Shown here piece after piece: positions 20,023-29,990 of a stretch of DNA of 64,000 nucleotides. The notes under the pieces were generated by a model. The model worked only from the letters and a program-made list of their open reading frames with translations, had not been told where the DNA came from and did no database searches. Position numbers and translations under genes: made by a program. Source of the stretch: Nanobdellati archaeon (GTDB taxonomy: Archaea > Nanobdellota > Nanobdellia > Woesearchaeales > GCA-2686295); NCBI GenBank assembly GCA_014384375.1, contig JACNFY010000034.1, positions 1,674 to 65,673 of the forward strand, written 5' to 3'. Positions within the stretch are counted from its first letter, which is position 1, and the number at the start of each line of letters is the position of its first letter.

Positions 20023-23000
20023 ATGAAGAAACTTCTTAAAATCCCTTATGTAAATTCTGATGATATACTTAATATAATCGATGATACTTTGAATAAGAAA
20101 AAACAAGCTTTAGTTTTTGTTAATTCAAAAAGGGGTGCTGAGTCTCAGGCTGAAAGAATCGCTATGAAAACAAAAGTTAATGATTCAAAGCTCACGAAGC
20201 TTTCAGAAGACATTTTGAAAGTGTTGTCTTCTCCAACCAAGCAGTGTCGTAGGTTATCTATCTGTGTGAAGAAAGGCTCTGCTTTTCACCATGCAGGTCT
20301 AACTTCAAAGCAGCGAGAATTGATTGAAGATAATTTTCGAACTGGTCTAATAAAAGTAATTTGTGCGACTCCAACTTTATGTCTTTCTGGTGATTCTATG
20401 ATTTGGAACGAGGTGTCTGAAACTAAAGTTTCTAAATTTAAAACTTCTAATTCTCTTTTTGTGCTTTCAAAGAATAAGTTAATCAACATGAAATCTCAAA
20501 AAATAGAAAAAATAAAGAATTCTTCAAAACTTATTCAGATTTCTTCTGTGTCTGGGTATTCAATTAAAGTTACTCCAAATCACAAAATGTTTGTCAGGAG
20601 AGGTAGTAAAAAAGTACTTTTGGAGGTAAAGAACCTTAAAAAGACCGATAAAGTTGCAACTATCAGAAGGCTAAATATTTCTAGAACAAGAAATCCTTCA
20701 ATAAATTTTTTTGTTAAAGACAATGATTTGCCAATAACAAACTATAAATTTAATCCTGATTTATCTTATCTAATTGGTGTTATGTTGGGCGATGGTTATT
20801 CTGGAGCTGAAACAAATAAAACTAAAATTATTTACAAAGGTTCTCCTTCTATAGTAGGAATTGACGAAGAAATATTTTCTGAAATACTAACTGTTTGTAA
20901 CATATTAGAAATAAGTCAAAGAAAAACTAAGAATTCCCACGGAACCCCACAATTAGTTCTTGGAAAGAATAATTGGTTTAGAGAGTTTCTTGCTCGTTGC
21001 GGTGTTGAAAAAAGAGATAAAAAACATATTTCTAGTAAGCTAATGAATATGAATCTTGAGAATGCTGCTTCGTTATTAAGAGGTTTATTTGATACGGATG
21101 GCTATGTTGATAAAAGATTTGGACCTGGATTTGGAAATATTTCATATATTCTAATTAAGCAAATTCAAAAACTCCTCTTAAGATTTGGAATTGTTTCAAC
21201 AATCAGAAAAAGAAAAGCAAGTTCTATGAATATTTATGGAAAAGAATACAAAACAGTTCCTTTTTTTGAATTAAATATTCATCAAAAAAGAAGCATACTT
21301 GACTTTTATAGGTTTGTAGGCTTTAATATTAAAAGAAAACAAACTATTCTCCTAAATTTAGTTTCAAAAATAGCGTCTAATGTTAACTATTTGAGTTGTA
21401 ATAATTGTGATTACAAAATTTATAAAGATTTGTTTTCAGGTCGAACAAAAAAACAAAAAGATTGGGGTAAAATAAAACTTGAAGTCATTAAATTACTTGG
21501 TAAAAAAGGAGAATTAGGGTCTAGAGATTTGAAGAGGTTGTTGAAATATGAGCCAAAAAAGAAAGACTTGCGTTTAAATCATCATTATGAGTTTATTGAA
21601 AAAAGAAAAATTGGATCTTTAAGTAAAAATGAATGGTTTTGGAGTTTGAATAAAATTGGGATTTGGATGTTCAATAATATTATTAATAAGAATAAAAAAT
21701 TTATAGAATTTTTCAAGTTACAAGAGTGTCCTTTATGTAATTCTGAATTAAATTGGATTATTAGGAAAGGCTGGAGAGATTCTGATTTTGATGGAGATAT
21801 TTTTTGGGATAGAATTCGAGAAATAAAAGAAGTTGAGAGTGAACAAAATGTTTATGATGTTATTCTACCTAAAAAACCCAAGAATAATCATTTATTTGTA
21901 GCAGACGGATTCATAGTTCATAATTCTATGGGCGTTGATTTACCTGCATTCAGAGTTATAATTCGTGACTTGAAAAGATATGGCGGTCCTTGGGGTATGT
22001 ATGATATTCCTGTCCTTGAGTATGAGCAGCAATCAGGCAGAGCCGGTCGCCCAGGGAAAGAGGATTACGGAGAAGCCATTTGCATTGCTAAGAATGATTC
22101 TCAGAAAGAGAAGATTTTTGATAAATATGTTAACGGCGAGCCAGAGGAAATTTATTCAAAGCTCGCAGTTGAGCCTGTTCTAAGGACTTATGTTCTCAGC
22201 CTTATTGCAACAGAGTTTGTTAATGACAAAAAAGCCCTATTTGATTTCTTTGATAAAACATTCTACGCACACCAATACGAGGACTTGGAAAAGCTTCATA
22301 AAATATTGGAGAAGATTATCGACTTGCTTGCAGAGTGGAAGTTCATAAAGATTCCTGAGAAAGAGGATTTTGTTTCTGGTGATGAGTTTGGAAAAGAGAA
22401 GTATGAAGCTACATTGCTTGGGAAAAGGGTTTCTGAGCTTTACCTGGATCCTTACACGGCATATTTCATAATTACTTGTTTGCGAAAAGCCACTTCTAAA
22501 ACCATAAAAGCATTTTCATACCTACATACAGTTTCTAACTGCTTGGAGATAAGGCCTTTATTGAGAGTTAAAATGTCTGAGTATGAGGATATTCAAGGAA
22601 ATATGCTTCAGTATGAGAGCTTTTTGTTGGATGAACAACCTTCTAGCTATGATGAGTCTTACGATGAATTCTTGAACTCTATAAAGACTGGTTTGTTCTT
22701 TCAAGATTGGATTGATGAAAAGGATGAAGAGTATTTGTTAGAGACTTATAGTATTAGACCTGGGGAGATTCATGCAAAATTAGAGATTGCAGATTGGTTG
22801 TGTTATGCAACTATAGAGCTGGCTAGGATGCTAAGATTCCAGCCATTAATGAAAGACATTACAAAAGTAAGAGTCAGGCTGAAGTATGGTGCTAAGGAGG
22901 AGTTGTTGCCGTTGTTGAAGTTGAAGAATATTGGACGAGTTAGAGCCAGGAAAATGTATAATAACAAGTTGAAATCTTTGACAGATGTAAAGAACGTTGA

Positions 23001-23151
23001 TATAACGACTCTTGCTTTCTTGATAGGCAGGGCCACTGCTGTATCCGTTAAGAAACAGTTAGGCCAAGAGTATGATCCAAAGAAAATTGTCGTTAGAGAA
23101 AATAAGAGGAAAGGACAGATATCGTTGAAGGATTATGGTAAGAAAAAGTAA
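20023..23151 (+). CDS. hel308: Hel308/Ski2-like helicase, RecA2 to C-terminal portion, intein-containing
   Basis: QALVFVNSKR, AFHHAGL, CATPTL/SMGVDLPA, Q.SGRAGRP, YLDP, GRVRARK; no Walker A or DExH motif in the ORF. Confidence 0.85.
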   Translation: MKKLLKIPYVNSDDILNIIDDTLNKKKQALVFVNSKRGAESQAERIAMKTKVNDSKLTKLSEDILKVLSSPTKQCRRLSICVKKGSAFHHAGLTSKQRELIEDNFRTGLIKVICATPTLCLSGDSMIWNEVSETKVSKFKTSNSLFVLSKNKLINMKSQKIEKIKNSSKLIQISSVSGYSIKVTPNHKMFVRRGSKKVLLEVKNLKKTDKVATIRRLNISRTRNPSINFFVKDNDLPITNYKFNPDLSYLIGVMLGDGYSGAETNKTKIIYKGSPSIVGIDEEIFSEILTVCNILEISQRKTKNSHGTPQLVLGKNNWFREFLARCGVEKRDKKHISSKLMNMNLENAASLLRGLFDTDGYVDKRFGPGFGNISYILIKQIQKLLLRFGIVSTIRKRKASSMNIYGKEYKTVPFFELNIHQKRSILDFYRFVGFNIKRKQTILLNLVSKIASNVNYLSCNNCDYKIYKDLFSGRTKKQKDWGKIKLEVIKLLGKKGELGSRDLKRLLKYEPKKKDLRLNHHYEFIEKRKIGSLSKNEWFWSLNKIGIWMFNNIINKNKKFIEFFKLQECPLCNSELNWIIRKGWRDSDFDGDIFWDRIREIKEVESEQNVYDVILPKKPKNNHLFVADGFIVHNSMGVDLPAFRVIIRDLKRYGGPWGMYDIPVLEYEQQSGRAGRPGKEDYGEAICIAKNDSQKEKIFDKYVNGEPEEIYSKLAVEPVLRTYVLSLIATEFVNDKKALFDFFDKTFYAHQYEDLEKLHKILEKIIDLLAEWKFIKIPEKEDFVSGDEFGKEKYEATLLGKRVSELYLDPYTAYFIITCLRKATSKTIKAFSYLHTVSNCLEIRPLLRVKMSEYEDIQGNMLQYESFLLDEQPSSYDESYDEFLNSIKTGLFFQDWIDEKDEEYLLETYSIRPGEIHAKLEIADWLCYATIELARMLRFQPLMKDITKVRVRLKYGAKEELLPLLKLKNIGRVRARKMYNNKLKSLTDVKNVDITTLAFLIGRATAVSVKKQLGQEYDPKKIVVRENKRKGQISLKDYGKKK
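20380..21924 (+). mobile_element. Intein (515 aa) with LAGLIDADG homing endonuclease
   Basis: Starts CLSGDS, block B VTPNHKM, LIGVMLGDG and LRGLFDTDG, ends VYDV...ADGFIVHN followed by Ser+1. Confidence 0.93.
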
Positions 23152-23772
23152 TTAATCTGCTCTAAAGCACACTGTAACCCTGTACAAGTGTTTGCTCTTC
23201 TGTCTGTCTCGACCGAACAAACGCCTTGATGTCTTTAGTTCTCCTTTGAAACTCTTTGAAAGTTTCTTACCTATTGTTAGAGCTGCTTTATTTGATGACA
23301 AATAGATGTCCCAGCCATCTTTCTGCTCTTCTACTTTTGATATGAAAACATCGTTATTCTTCTCAATTTGCTTTGCGGTAAAATCCAGTATTTCTTTGTT
23401 TTTTGGTCTTAGTTGCAATGTTGATTCAAAGTATTCTGTTCCTTTCTTTGAGCAGACAGGACATCTCTCAACCTGGAGCTTTGCAGGTATTAGGAATTCA
23501 TCTCCTTTATAGATTACTTTAACTTCAAAATCTTTCTTTGCTATGTCTTCATCGATCAATGGACTAACACTTACTTTCTCCTTTATAGCGTCGCTAGCAA
23601 TCTTCTTAGAAACTGTTTTCAGGCTTTGGAATGGCAACCATCTATTTCTGTAAAAGTATTTCTTGCACTCACACACCCTGACAACTATGTCTTTGTAGTT
23701 GAAAGAAACTTCTTTATGTTCCTCGCAGAACGTTTCTTTTGTACTCTTTCCACATACAGGGCAAAAGTTCAT
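23152..23772 (-). CDS. nmd3: NMD3-family ribosome-associated protein
   Basis: FCPVCG..FC, VC.C, RCPVCS...YFESTLQLR, GWDIYL, YRVTVCFR. Confidence 0.8.
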   Translation of the reverse strand: MNFCPVCGKSTKETFCEEHKEVSFNYKDIVVRVCECKKYFYRNRWLPFQSLKTVSKKIASDAIKEKVSVSPLIDEDIAKKDFEVKVIYKGDEFLIPAKLQVERCPVCSKKGTEYFESTLQLRPKNKEILDFTAKQIEKNNDVFISKVEEQKDGWDIYLSSNKAALTIGKKLSKSFKGELKTSRRLFGRDRQKSKHLYRVTVCFRAD

Positions 23773-23846
23773 AAAAAAGATATAAAGTAATTTAATTTAA
23801 AAATGTTTTAGATACTTTTATTAAAATTTAAATTTTAACTTGAGTT

Positions 23847-24821
23847 ATGTTTATCAAAAATGTATTGGTTGCTATAGTTATTCTTATTTTACTATTTCTT
23901 GCAACAGAGTTTTTTTTAATATTATATGTTAATAATACTGGGTTAACAAGATTTTCGAATAATACACTATTACTTGATGAGTTTATACCTGGTAAAGAGC
24001 AATCGCTATTTGGTGCTAATGTAAAGATTAACTCTAAAGGTTTGAGAGATTATGAATACAGTTATGAAAAACCTGACAATATCTTTAGAATTGTAGCAAT
24101 CGGAGATTCATTTACATTTGGTCATGGAATAGAATTAAATGAAACTTATATTAAACAACTTGAGAAAAAACTAAATCAAAATAGTTCTTTGCGTTATGAA
24201 GTAATTAATTTTGGTTTTCCAGCTTATAATGTTCTACAAAATTACGAAATGATGAAATCACGAGCATTAAGATTTAATCCTGATTTAATCATGTTAGGGT
24301 ATTTCCTTAATGACCCTGAGTTCATTCCAGGAATGAATCCTCTTATTCAGTATTGTAAAGAGAATAAGTCTGTAATTGATGAATTAAATATAAACATTTT
24401 TGAAAAATCAAAGATTGTAAGATTTCTTATTAGGTATTACACTACTTTTGTTTATGAAAAAAAGATAGCTGAATTTGGAATTGGTTACTTTGATTATATT
24501 AATTCTGAAAAATATTTAGGTTGGAATTGTACAAAAAAAATATTTAATCAAATAAATTTGTTATCAAAAAGAAATAATATTCCAGTTTTGTTAATTATCA
24601 TACCTCATTATGATGTACAGATGTCAACTTATGAAAGAATTGTTAATCTAAGTAAAAAGAATGGTTTTTATGTTTTAAATTTTCATACTTACTTTTTGAA
24701 TATAAGTGATGAAGAAGTTTATACAAAGAATGATAAGCCTCATTTTAATCGAGAGGGTAATAAAATAATTAGTGATAGTATTTATGATTTCTTAAAAAAA
24801 GAAAGAAAAAAATTAATTTAA
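23847..24821 (+). CDS. SGNH/GDSL hydrolase family protein, membrane-anchored
   Basis: INSKGLRD, IGDSFTFG, EVINFG, FLND, PHFN..G. Confidence 0.85.
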   Translation: MFIKNVLVAIVILILLFLATEFFLILYVNNTGLTRFSNNTLLLDEFIPGKEQSLFGANVKINSKGLRDYEYSYEKPDNIFRIVAIGDSFTFGHGIELNETYIKQLEKKLNQNSSLRYEVINFGFPAYNVLQNYEMMKSRALRFNPDLIMLGYFLNDPEFIPGMNPLIQYCKENKSVIDELNINIFEKSKIVRFLIRYYTTFVYEKKIAEFGIGYFDYINSEKYLGWNCTKKIFNQINLLSKRNNIPVLLIIIPHYDVQMSTYERIVNLSKKNGFYVLNFHTYFLNISDEEVYTKNDKPHFNREGNKIISDSIYDFLKKERKKLI

Positions 24822-24829
24822 AAAATTAT

Positions 24830-27058
24830 TTATTCGTCACCTCCGTTTTCGTCTTCTTCTTGAGGTCCAGAGTCTTCTTCGTCGTCTAACTCTTCTTCGT
24901 CCTCTTCTTCGAGGTCTTCACACTCGCCTGCATCACAGAATTCATCTGCCTCACAGTCAGCATCTTCGACACACTCTAGCTCTTCTTCCTCTTCGACATC
25001 CTCTCCTTCCTTGGCGTCGTCAGCTAGGTCTTTTGCTTGTTCAGCTAGTTCTTCAGCTTCAGCATAGTTGCCAGCTTCGAAAGCTTCGATTGCTTGATTA
25101 AGAAGCTCTTTTGCATCTTCGAGGAAAGCTAAGGATTCTGATACATCTTTGCCGTCTGCTTCTCTCTCGGCTATCTCTTCCTCTGCCTCATCGATTTTTT
25201 CCTCGGCATCAAGGATTTTGTCCTCTGCTTCATCCTTGGCATCTTCATCTTCTTCCTCGATTTCTATTTCTAGTTCGTGTTCGATTTCAATCTCTGATTC
25301 TAAGTCATCACCTTCAGCAGATTCGACCAAGGCAATAACCTGCTCTTTTAAGTTATCCCATAATGTTTGTTGCTCACTTGTTAACTCGCCTTCTACTTCG
25401 TCTTTTTCAACAATTGTCTCGTTGTCTTCCTTTTTCACTTTTAGTTTTAGCTCGAATTTACCTTCCACGCCTTCAAAACTTGCAACAAGCTCATCAAGTA
25501 CTGCTTGAGTTTCAGCAGAGAGTTCAACGTCCCCTGTGACCTCAAACTTGCTTTCTTCCTCAACTTCAACGATTTCGTACTCAACTTCTTCTTCATCTAC
25601 TTCTTCTTCCTCATCGATGTCGAAATGCACGCCAGCACCTCTCAAGTCTTTCACAATGTCTTTGAGTATGTTGTGCGCTTCTTTCAAAGCGTTATGTGCT
25701 TCTTTGGTAAAGGTTTTGGCTTGTTTTATAAGTTCGCCCTGTCCTTTGCCCACTGAAGCTTTGGCTTGTCTGAATAGTTCTTCACCAGTCTTGAACTTCT
25801 GCCTGGCTTCATCTATCCTCATGCTGAAGAGGTCGACTTTTATGTCAATGTTCTCGACTTCTATACCTTCCTCTTCCATGATTGCCAAAGCATTGTCAAG
25901 CCTTGCTTCTAAGTGTTCGCTTCTTTTAAGGATTTCACTGACTTTCGACCTGACGATTTTTTCTGCATGGAGCTTGATTTTATGTTTCACTTTCTTCCAT
26001 GCTTTCATGATTACTTTGCCAGCTTCTTTGACTTCATCCTTTGTAATTGCTGCTTCAACTTCTGCTTTTGCTTCTTCTAAGATAGCTATTTTTTCGTCTA
26101 TGTCAGCAATGATTTCATGTAATTCATCTTCGCTCAAGTCATCGTTTGACTCTACTTTTAGTTTCACTCTTTCTAATGAAGAGATGGTCATGTCTGCTGC
26201 GTGAATCAAGAATGTTTTTGCATGCTCGATAGCTACCTCTTCATCGCCAGCTGCTACAGCTTCTTCCCAAGCTTCTCTTTCACTTCGGAACTTAATCTTT
26301 ACTTCGTTGTAGAGCTTGACTTTCTCTTTGAAGTTCTTGTTAACTTCTTTGATTTTTTTCTCAGCAACAACTCTTTTCTTGAATTTCTTTTCTTTGTCAA
26401 CAATTTTTAACTTGAACTTTCCAAGCTCTTTCTTAATTTGCTCTTCATCCATCTCAGAAATCTTTTTTAATCTAGTTCTGTCTAGATGTGCAAGCTTCTT
26501 AAGTTGTTCTTCATCAAGTTTGGCTATTTTTTCAAGTCTTTCATCCTTGATTTTTGCAATCTTTCTAAGTTTATCATCATCAAGCTTTGCAAGTTTTTCA
26601 AGGTGTTTCTTGTCAAGTTTGGCAAGCTTTTCAAGTCTTTCATCTTTTAGTTTTACTAGTTTCTCAAGATGTTTCTTATCAAGCTTTGCTAGTTTTCCAA
26701 GTCTTTCATCGCTCAATTTACCGAGCTTTGCTCTTCTTTCATCGTCTAAGTTTAAGAGCATTTTTTGTTTGTCTTCAGGCACATTCTCAAGTTTCCTTAG
26801 TCTTTCAGCGTCTACTGCTCTTACTCGCATTATATCATCTTTGTCTAGTCTAACTTCCTCTCTGCATTCCTCTCTTGCCCTTTCAGGACCGATGTTTGGG
26901 AACCTGTCTTTGACTAGTCTTATGCAGTCATCAATGTTGTCCTGTGCTTTCATCCTCTTCCTAAAGTCAGAGTCGATTCTTTCCTGTCCAAGAGCTGGTA
27001 CTATGCTCAACAGAAAGATGGCCAGTATTATTATTGCTATTTTTCTCATCTTCATCAC
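24830..27058 (-). CDS. Large secreted helical/coiled-coil protein with 11-aa repeats and an acidic Cys-containing tail
   Basis: Signal peptide; LAKLDKKHLEK-type repeats; E/D-rich C-terminus with ECVEDADCEADEFCDAGEC. Confidence 0.75.
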   Translation of the reverse strand: MMKMRKIAIIILAIFLLSIVPALGQERIDSDFRKRMKAQDNIDDCIRLVKDRFPNIGPERAREECREEVRLDKDDIMRVRAVDAERLRKLENVPEDKQKMLLNLDDERRAKLGKLSDERLGKLAKLDKKHLEKLVKLKDERLEKLAKLDKKHLEKLAKLDDDKLRKIAKIKDERLEKIAKLDEEQLKKLAHLDRTRLKKISEMDEEQIKKELGKFKLKIVDKEKKFKKRVVAEKKIKEVNKNFKEKVKLYNEVKIKFRSEREAWEEAVAAGDEEVAIEHAKTFLIHAADMTISSLERVKLKVESNDDLSEDELHEIIADIDEKIAILEEAKAEVEAAITKDEVKEAGKVIMKAWKKVKHKIKLHAEKIVRSKVSEILKRSEHLEARLDNALAIMEEEGIEVENIDIKVDLFSMRIDEARQKFKTGEELFRQAKASVGKGQGELIKQAKTFTKEAHNALKEAHNILKDIVKDLRGAGVHFDIDEEEEVDEEEVEYEIVEVEEESKFEVTGDVELSAETQAVLDELVASFEGVEGKFELKLKVKKEDNETIVEKDEVEGELTSEQQTLWDNLKEQVIALVESAEGDDLESEIEIEHELEIEIEEEDEDAKDEAEDKILDAEEKIDEAEEEIAEREADGKDVSESLAFLEDAKELLNQAIEAFEAGNYAEAEELAEQAKDLADDAKEGEDVEEEEELECVEDADCEADEFCDAGECEDLEEEDEEELDDEEDSGPQEEDENGGDE
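26430..26800 (-). repeat. Tandem ~33-nt (11-aa) coding repeats, about 11 units
   Basis: LGKLSDERLGK/LAKLDKKHLEK/LVKLKDERLEK/LAKLDKKHLEK/LAKLDDDKLRK/IAKIKDERLEK/IAKLDEEQLKK; boundaries approximate. Confidence 0.8.
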
Positions 27059-27250
27059 CTACCAATCATCCAAGTTTATGTTGTCTAGTTCTGAATCCAG
27101 CTCTGGATCCACTAATTCGTTGTCCAAATCATCTACCTCTGCAACACTGGCATCCAAAGTGTCAGGTGCAGGTTCTTCTGCTTGCTTTGCACAACCAGCC
27201 ATCAGCAGTAATGCAATGACAAGCAATGCAAACAATAGTTTCACTTTCAT
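27059..27250 (-). CDS. Small acidic lipoprotein
   Basis: Lipobox LMAGC after a hydrophobic signal; GAGGTG RBS; abuts the next gene. Confidence 0.75.
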   Translation of the reverse strand: MKVKLLFALLVIALLLMAGCAKQAEEPAPDTLDASVAEVDDLDNELVDPELDSELDNINLDDW

Positions 27251-27360
27251 ATTAACACCTCATGATTTTGTATATAGAATTTTTGTTTTCTCTTTTTATA
27301 AATTTTTTTATTAATTTATAATCAATAACCTTAAAAAGCTTTTATTATTCCTTTCTCGCT

Positions 27361-27975
27361 ATGAAGAAGAAACCTGAAAGCATTCTTGGTAAGATTTGGT
27401 ATTTCATATGGTATGATGATTCTATGCTTAGCTGGATAGTTAATATAATCCTTGCTTTTGTTTTGATAAAATACATTATATATCCTGGTCTTGGCTTTTT
27501 TTTTGGCACACAGTTTCCTGTTGTGGCTGTTGTTAGTAATAGCATGGAGCATCATGGTTCTTTTTATGAGTGGTGGAATTCACAGGAGGACTTTTATTTA
27601 GAGCACAACATAACTGATATTGACTTCAGAGAGTTTGCTTTTACTCATGGTTTCAACAAAGGTGACATAATGGTTCTCATAGGAACTGCATCTCACAAGA
27701 TAAATGTTGGTGATGTGATTGTTTATCACGCTAAGAAGCCATATCCAATAATTCATAGGGTTATAAGTATAAGAGATACTGGTGGCGAACTATACTTTGA
27801 GACGAAAGGTGATAATAACAAATTCCAGATAAAAGGATTCGACCTTGATGAGAAGAATGTCTCTTCAGAGTCTTATATTGGGAGAGCTGTCTTTAGGATA
27901 CCATTCCTTGGTTATATCAAGATTTGGTTTGTTGAAGTGATGAGCTGGATTGGTTTAGGAGGATTATTTACTTGA
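27361..27975 (+). CDS. Signal peptidase I (Sec11-type)
   Basis: VVSNSME, GD, IIHRV, TKGDNN, IPFLGY. Confidence 0.9.
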   Translation: MKKKPESILGKIWYFIWYDDSMLSWIVNIILAFVLIKYIIYPGLGFFFGTQFPVVAVVSNSMEHHGSFYEWWNSQEDFYLEHNITDIDFREFAFTHGFNKGDIMVLIGTASHKINVGDVIVYHAKKPYPIIHRVISIRDTGGELYFETKGDNNKFQIKGFDLDEKNVSSESYIGRAVFRIPFLGYIKIWFVEVMSWIGLGGLFT

Positions 27976-28004
27976 GGTGAATTTTTTAGTTTCTTATATA
28001 GAAA

Positions 28005-28700
28005 ATGGCAGGGATAACGAATTTCAAAGGAAAGTTGGTGAAGAAGAGATACTTGGCACCTGATATTGTTTTGTTATCTTTTAAGCTGGATAAAGATTTC
28101 ACTTTCAAAGCAGGCCAGTACATCATGATAAATATTTCTAATGGAGATGAGACTAAAGCAAAGCCTTATTCAGTGTTTAGTCCTCCTTCACAGAAAGAAA
28201 CCTTGGATTTATGTGTTAAAATAGTTGATGGTGGTTTTGCATCAGAAGTTTTTGATAAAGTAGAGGAAGGTAAAGAGTTTGATATGAAAGGTCCTTTTGG
28301 TAGATTCATATTTGATGAGAATAATAAAAAGAGTGTGCAGTTCTTCATAGGTGTTGGAACTGGAATAGCGCCTCTGCATAGCATGATAAAAGAATATATG
28401 TCTAAATATCCAAACAAGAAATTCAAGTTGTTATTTGGTGCTAGAACAAGAAAGGACTTGGTGTTTCATGAAGAGTTTCTCAAGATGGAAGAAGAAAATG
28501 ATGATTTTGAGTACATCCCGACCATTACAAGGGAGGAGTGGGAAGGTCGCCAAGGAAGAATTCAACAACACTTGGAAGGAGATTTATCTGACACGAAGTT
28601 TTATCTTTGTGGATTGAAAGATATGGTGCTAACAACAAAAGAGCTTCTCATAGAAAAAGGTGTTAACCCGGAAAATATAAAATTTGAACGATATTCTTGA
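28005..28700 (+). CDS. FAD/NAD(P)-binding oxidoreductase (ferredoxin-NADP reductase family)
   Basis: FKAGQY, PYS, GGFAS, GPFG, GTGIAP, YLCG. Confidence 0.9.
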   Translation: MAGITNFKGKLVKKRYLAPDIVLLSFKLDKDFTFKAGQYIMINISNGDETKAKPYSVFSPPSQKETLDLCVKIVDGGFASEVFDKVEEGKEFDMKGPFGRFIFDENNKKSVQFFIGVGTGIAPLHSMIKEYMSKYPNKKFKLLFGARTRKDLVFHEEFLKMEEENDDFEYIPTITREEWEGRQGRIQQHLEGDLSDTKFYLCGLKDMVLTTKELLIEKGVNPENIKFERYS

Positions 28701-28705
28701 ATGAG

Positions 28706-29362
28706 ATGAAAAAGGTTAATGTAGATAAAATATATAATATTCTGAAAAAAGAAGCTGTTAACTACAAGGTTCCTGTTGTTGACTTGATAGAGTTGCAGAC
28801 TAATGATCCTTTCAAAGTTTTGATTGGGACGATTCTTTCTGCAAGGACTAAAGATGAGATGACTGTCAAAGCTAGTGAAAGATTGTTTTCCAAAATTAAT
28901 AACTTAGATGATCTTGAGAGATTATCTGTTAAGGAGATAGAAAAACTCATCTATCCTGTTGGCTTCTATAAGAATAAAGCGAAATTCTTGAAAGAATTGC
29001 CGAAAGTACTAAAGAAAGAATTTGATGGAAAAATACCTGAAACAATTGAGGAACTTGTGAAGCTTCCAGGTGTTGGCAGGAAAACAGCTAACCTAGTTGT
29101 TGCAGTTGGTTTTAAGAAACCAGCTGTATGCGTTGATACTCATGTTCATAGGATTATGAATCGTTTTGGCTATGTCAAGACAAAGACTCCTTTTGAGACA
29201 GAGATGGCTTTGAGAAAGAAGCTATCTGTTAAGTATTGGGAAAAGATAAACTCATTGCTTGTCGCTTTTGGGCAACATCTGTGCACTCCTATAAGTCCAT
29301 GGTGTAGCAAGTGTCCGATAATAGATTATTGTAACCAGATAAATGTTAAGACTAAAAGATGA
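28706..29362 (+). CDS. nth: Endonuclease III
   Basis: HhH LPGVGRKTA, VDTHV, CX6CX2CX5C Fe-S motif. Confidence 0.93.
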   Translation: MKKVNVDKIYNILKKEAVNYKVPVVDLIELQTNDPFKVLIGTILSARTKDEMTVKASERLFSKINNLDDLERLSVKEIEKLIYPVGFYKNKAKFLKELPKVLKKEFDGKIPETIEELVKLPGVGRKTANLVVAVGFKKPAVCVDTHVHRIMNRFGYVKTKTPFETEMALRKKLSVKYWEKINSLLVAFGQHLCTPISPWCSKCPIIDYCNQINVKTKR

Positions 29363-29429
29363 ATTATTTTATGAAATATGTTCTAGAATGCAAACTTTTT
29401 TAAATAATCCTTAAAAACACGCTTTTAGC

Positions 29430-29750
29430 ATGTTATTTTGCCCTAAATGCGGTTCATTGCTTAAATCGAAGGAAGAAAAAAAGAAAAGAATTCTTCACTG
29501 TTCATGCGGTTTTACGAACAAGGAAATCGAGGCAGCTGAGATAAAGGAGACTATAAACAAGAAAGAGAAGGAAGTAGAGATTATTTCTGGTGAAGAGGAG
29601 AAGACTCTTCCGTTATGTGATGCTGTATGCCCTAAGTGTAAGCATAAAAAAGCTTATTACTGGCTTGTCCAGACAAGAGCTGGTGATGAACCAGAGACAA
29701 AGTTTTTAAAATGCGAGAAATGTAAACATACTTGGAGAGACTATTCCTGA
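29430..29750 (+). CDS. tfs: Archaeal transcription factor S
   Basis: FCPKCG...; CPKC...QTRAGDEPET.F.KC.KC. Confidence 0.95.
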   Translation: MLFCPKCGSLLKSKEEKKKRILHCSCGFTNKEIEAAEIKETINKKEKEVEIISGEEEKTLPLCDAVCPKCKHKKAYYWLVQTRAGDEPETKFLKCEKCKHTWRDYS

Positions 29751-29752
29751 AA

Positions 29753-29965
29753 ATGTCTAAGATTGATTATGACGAGCTTACCAACGAGGAAATGGAAGAC
29801 ATCAGGGTGACTTTTGTTCCTAAGAAGTGTCCTAAGTGCGGCGAGTTGATGGTTTGTCGTGAACTTGGCGTCTGGGGATACTATTGCATTGACTGTATGT
29901 TCTGGTGGGGAACTTATGATCCTTTCCCTGAGGTTAAGGGCGAACCAAAAAAGGTAAAGAAATAA
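29753..29965 (+). CDS. Small zinc-ribbon protein
   Basis: CPKCG...YYCIDC; ATG 2 nt after the tfs stop. Confidence 0.6.
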   Translation: MSKIDYDELTNEEMEDIRVTFVPKKCPKCGELMVCRELGVWGYYCIDCMFWWGTYDPFPEVKGEPKKVKK

Positions 29966-29990
29966 ATAGTATTGTTTTCTTAACATTGTT

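Noticed and set aside
26430..26800. Possible CRISPR array
   Set aside because: Degenerate 33-nt in-frame coding repeats without unique spacers; no cas genes in the window
25111..27314. Long plus-strand ORFs (e.g. 25536..26204, 26316..27314)
   Set aside because: Ser/Phe/Leu-rich antisense shadows of the Glu/Lys-rich minus-strand gene
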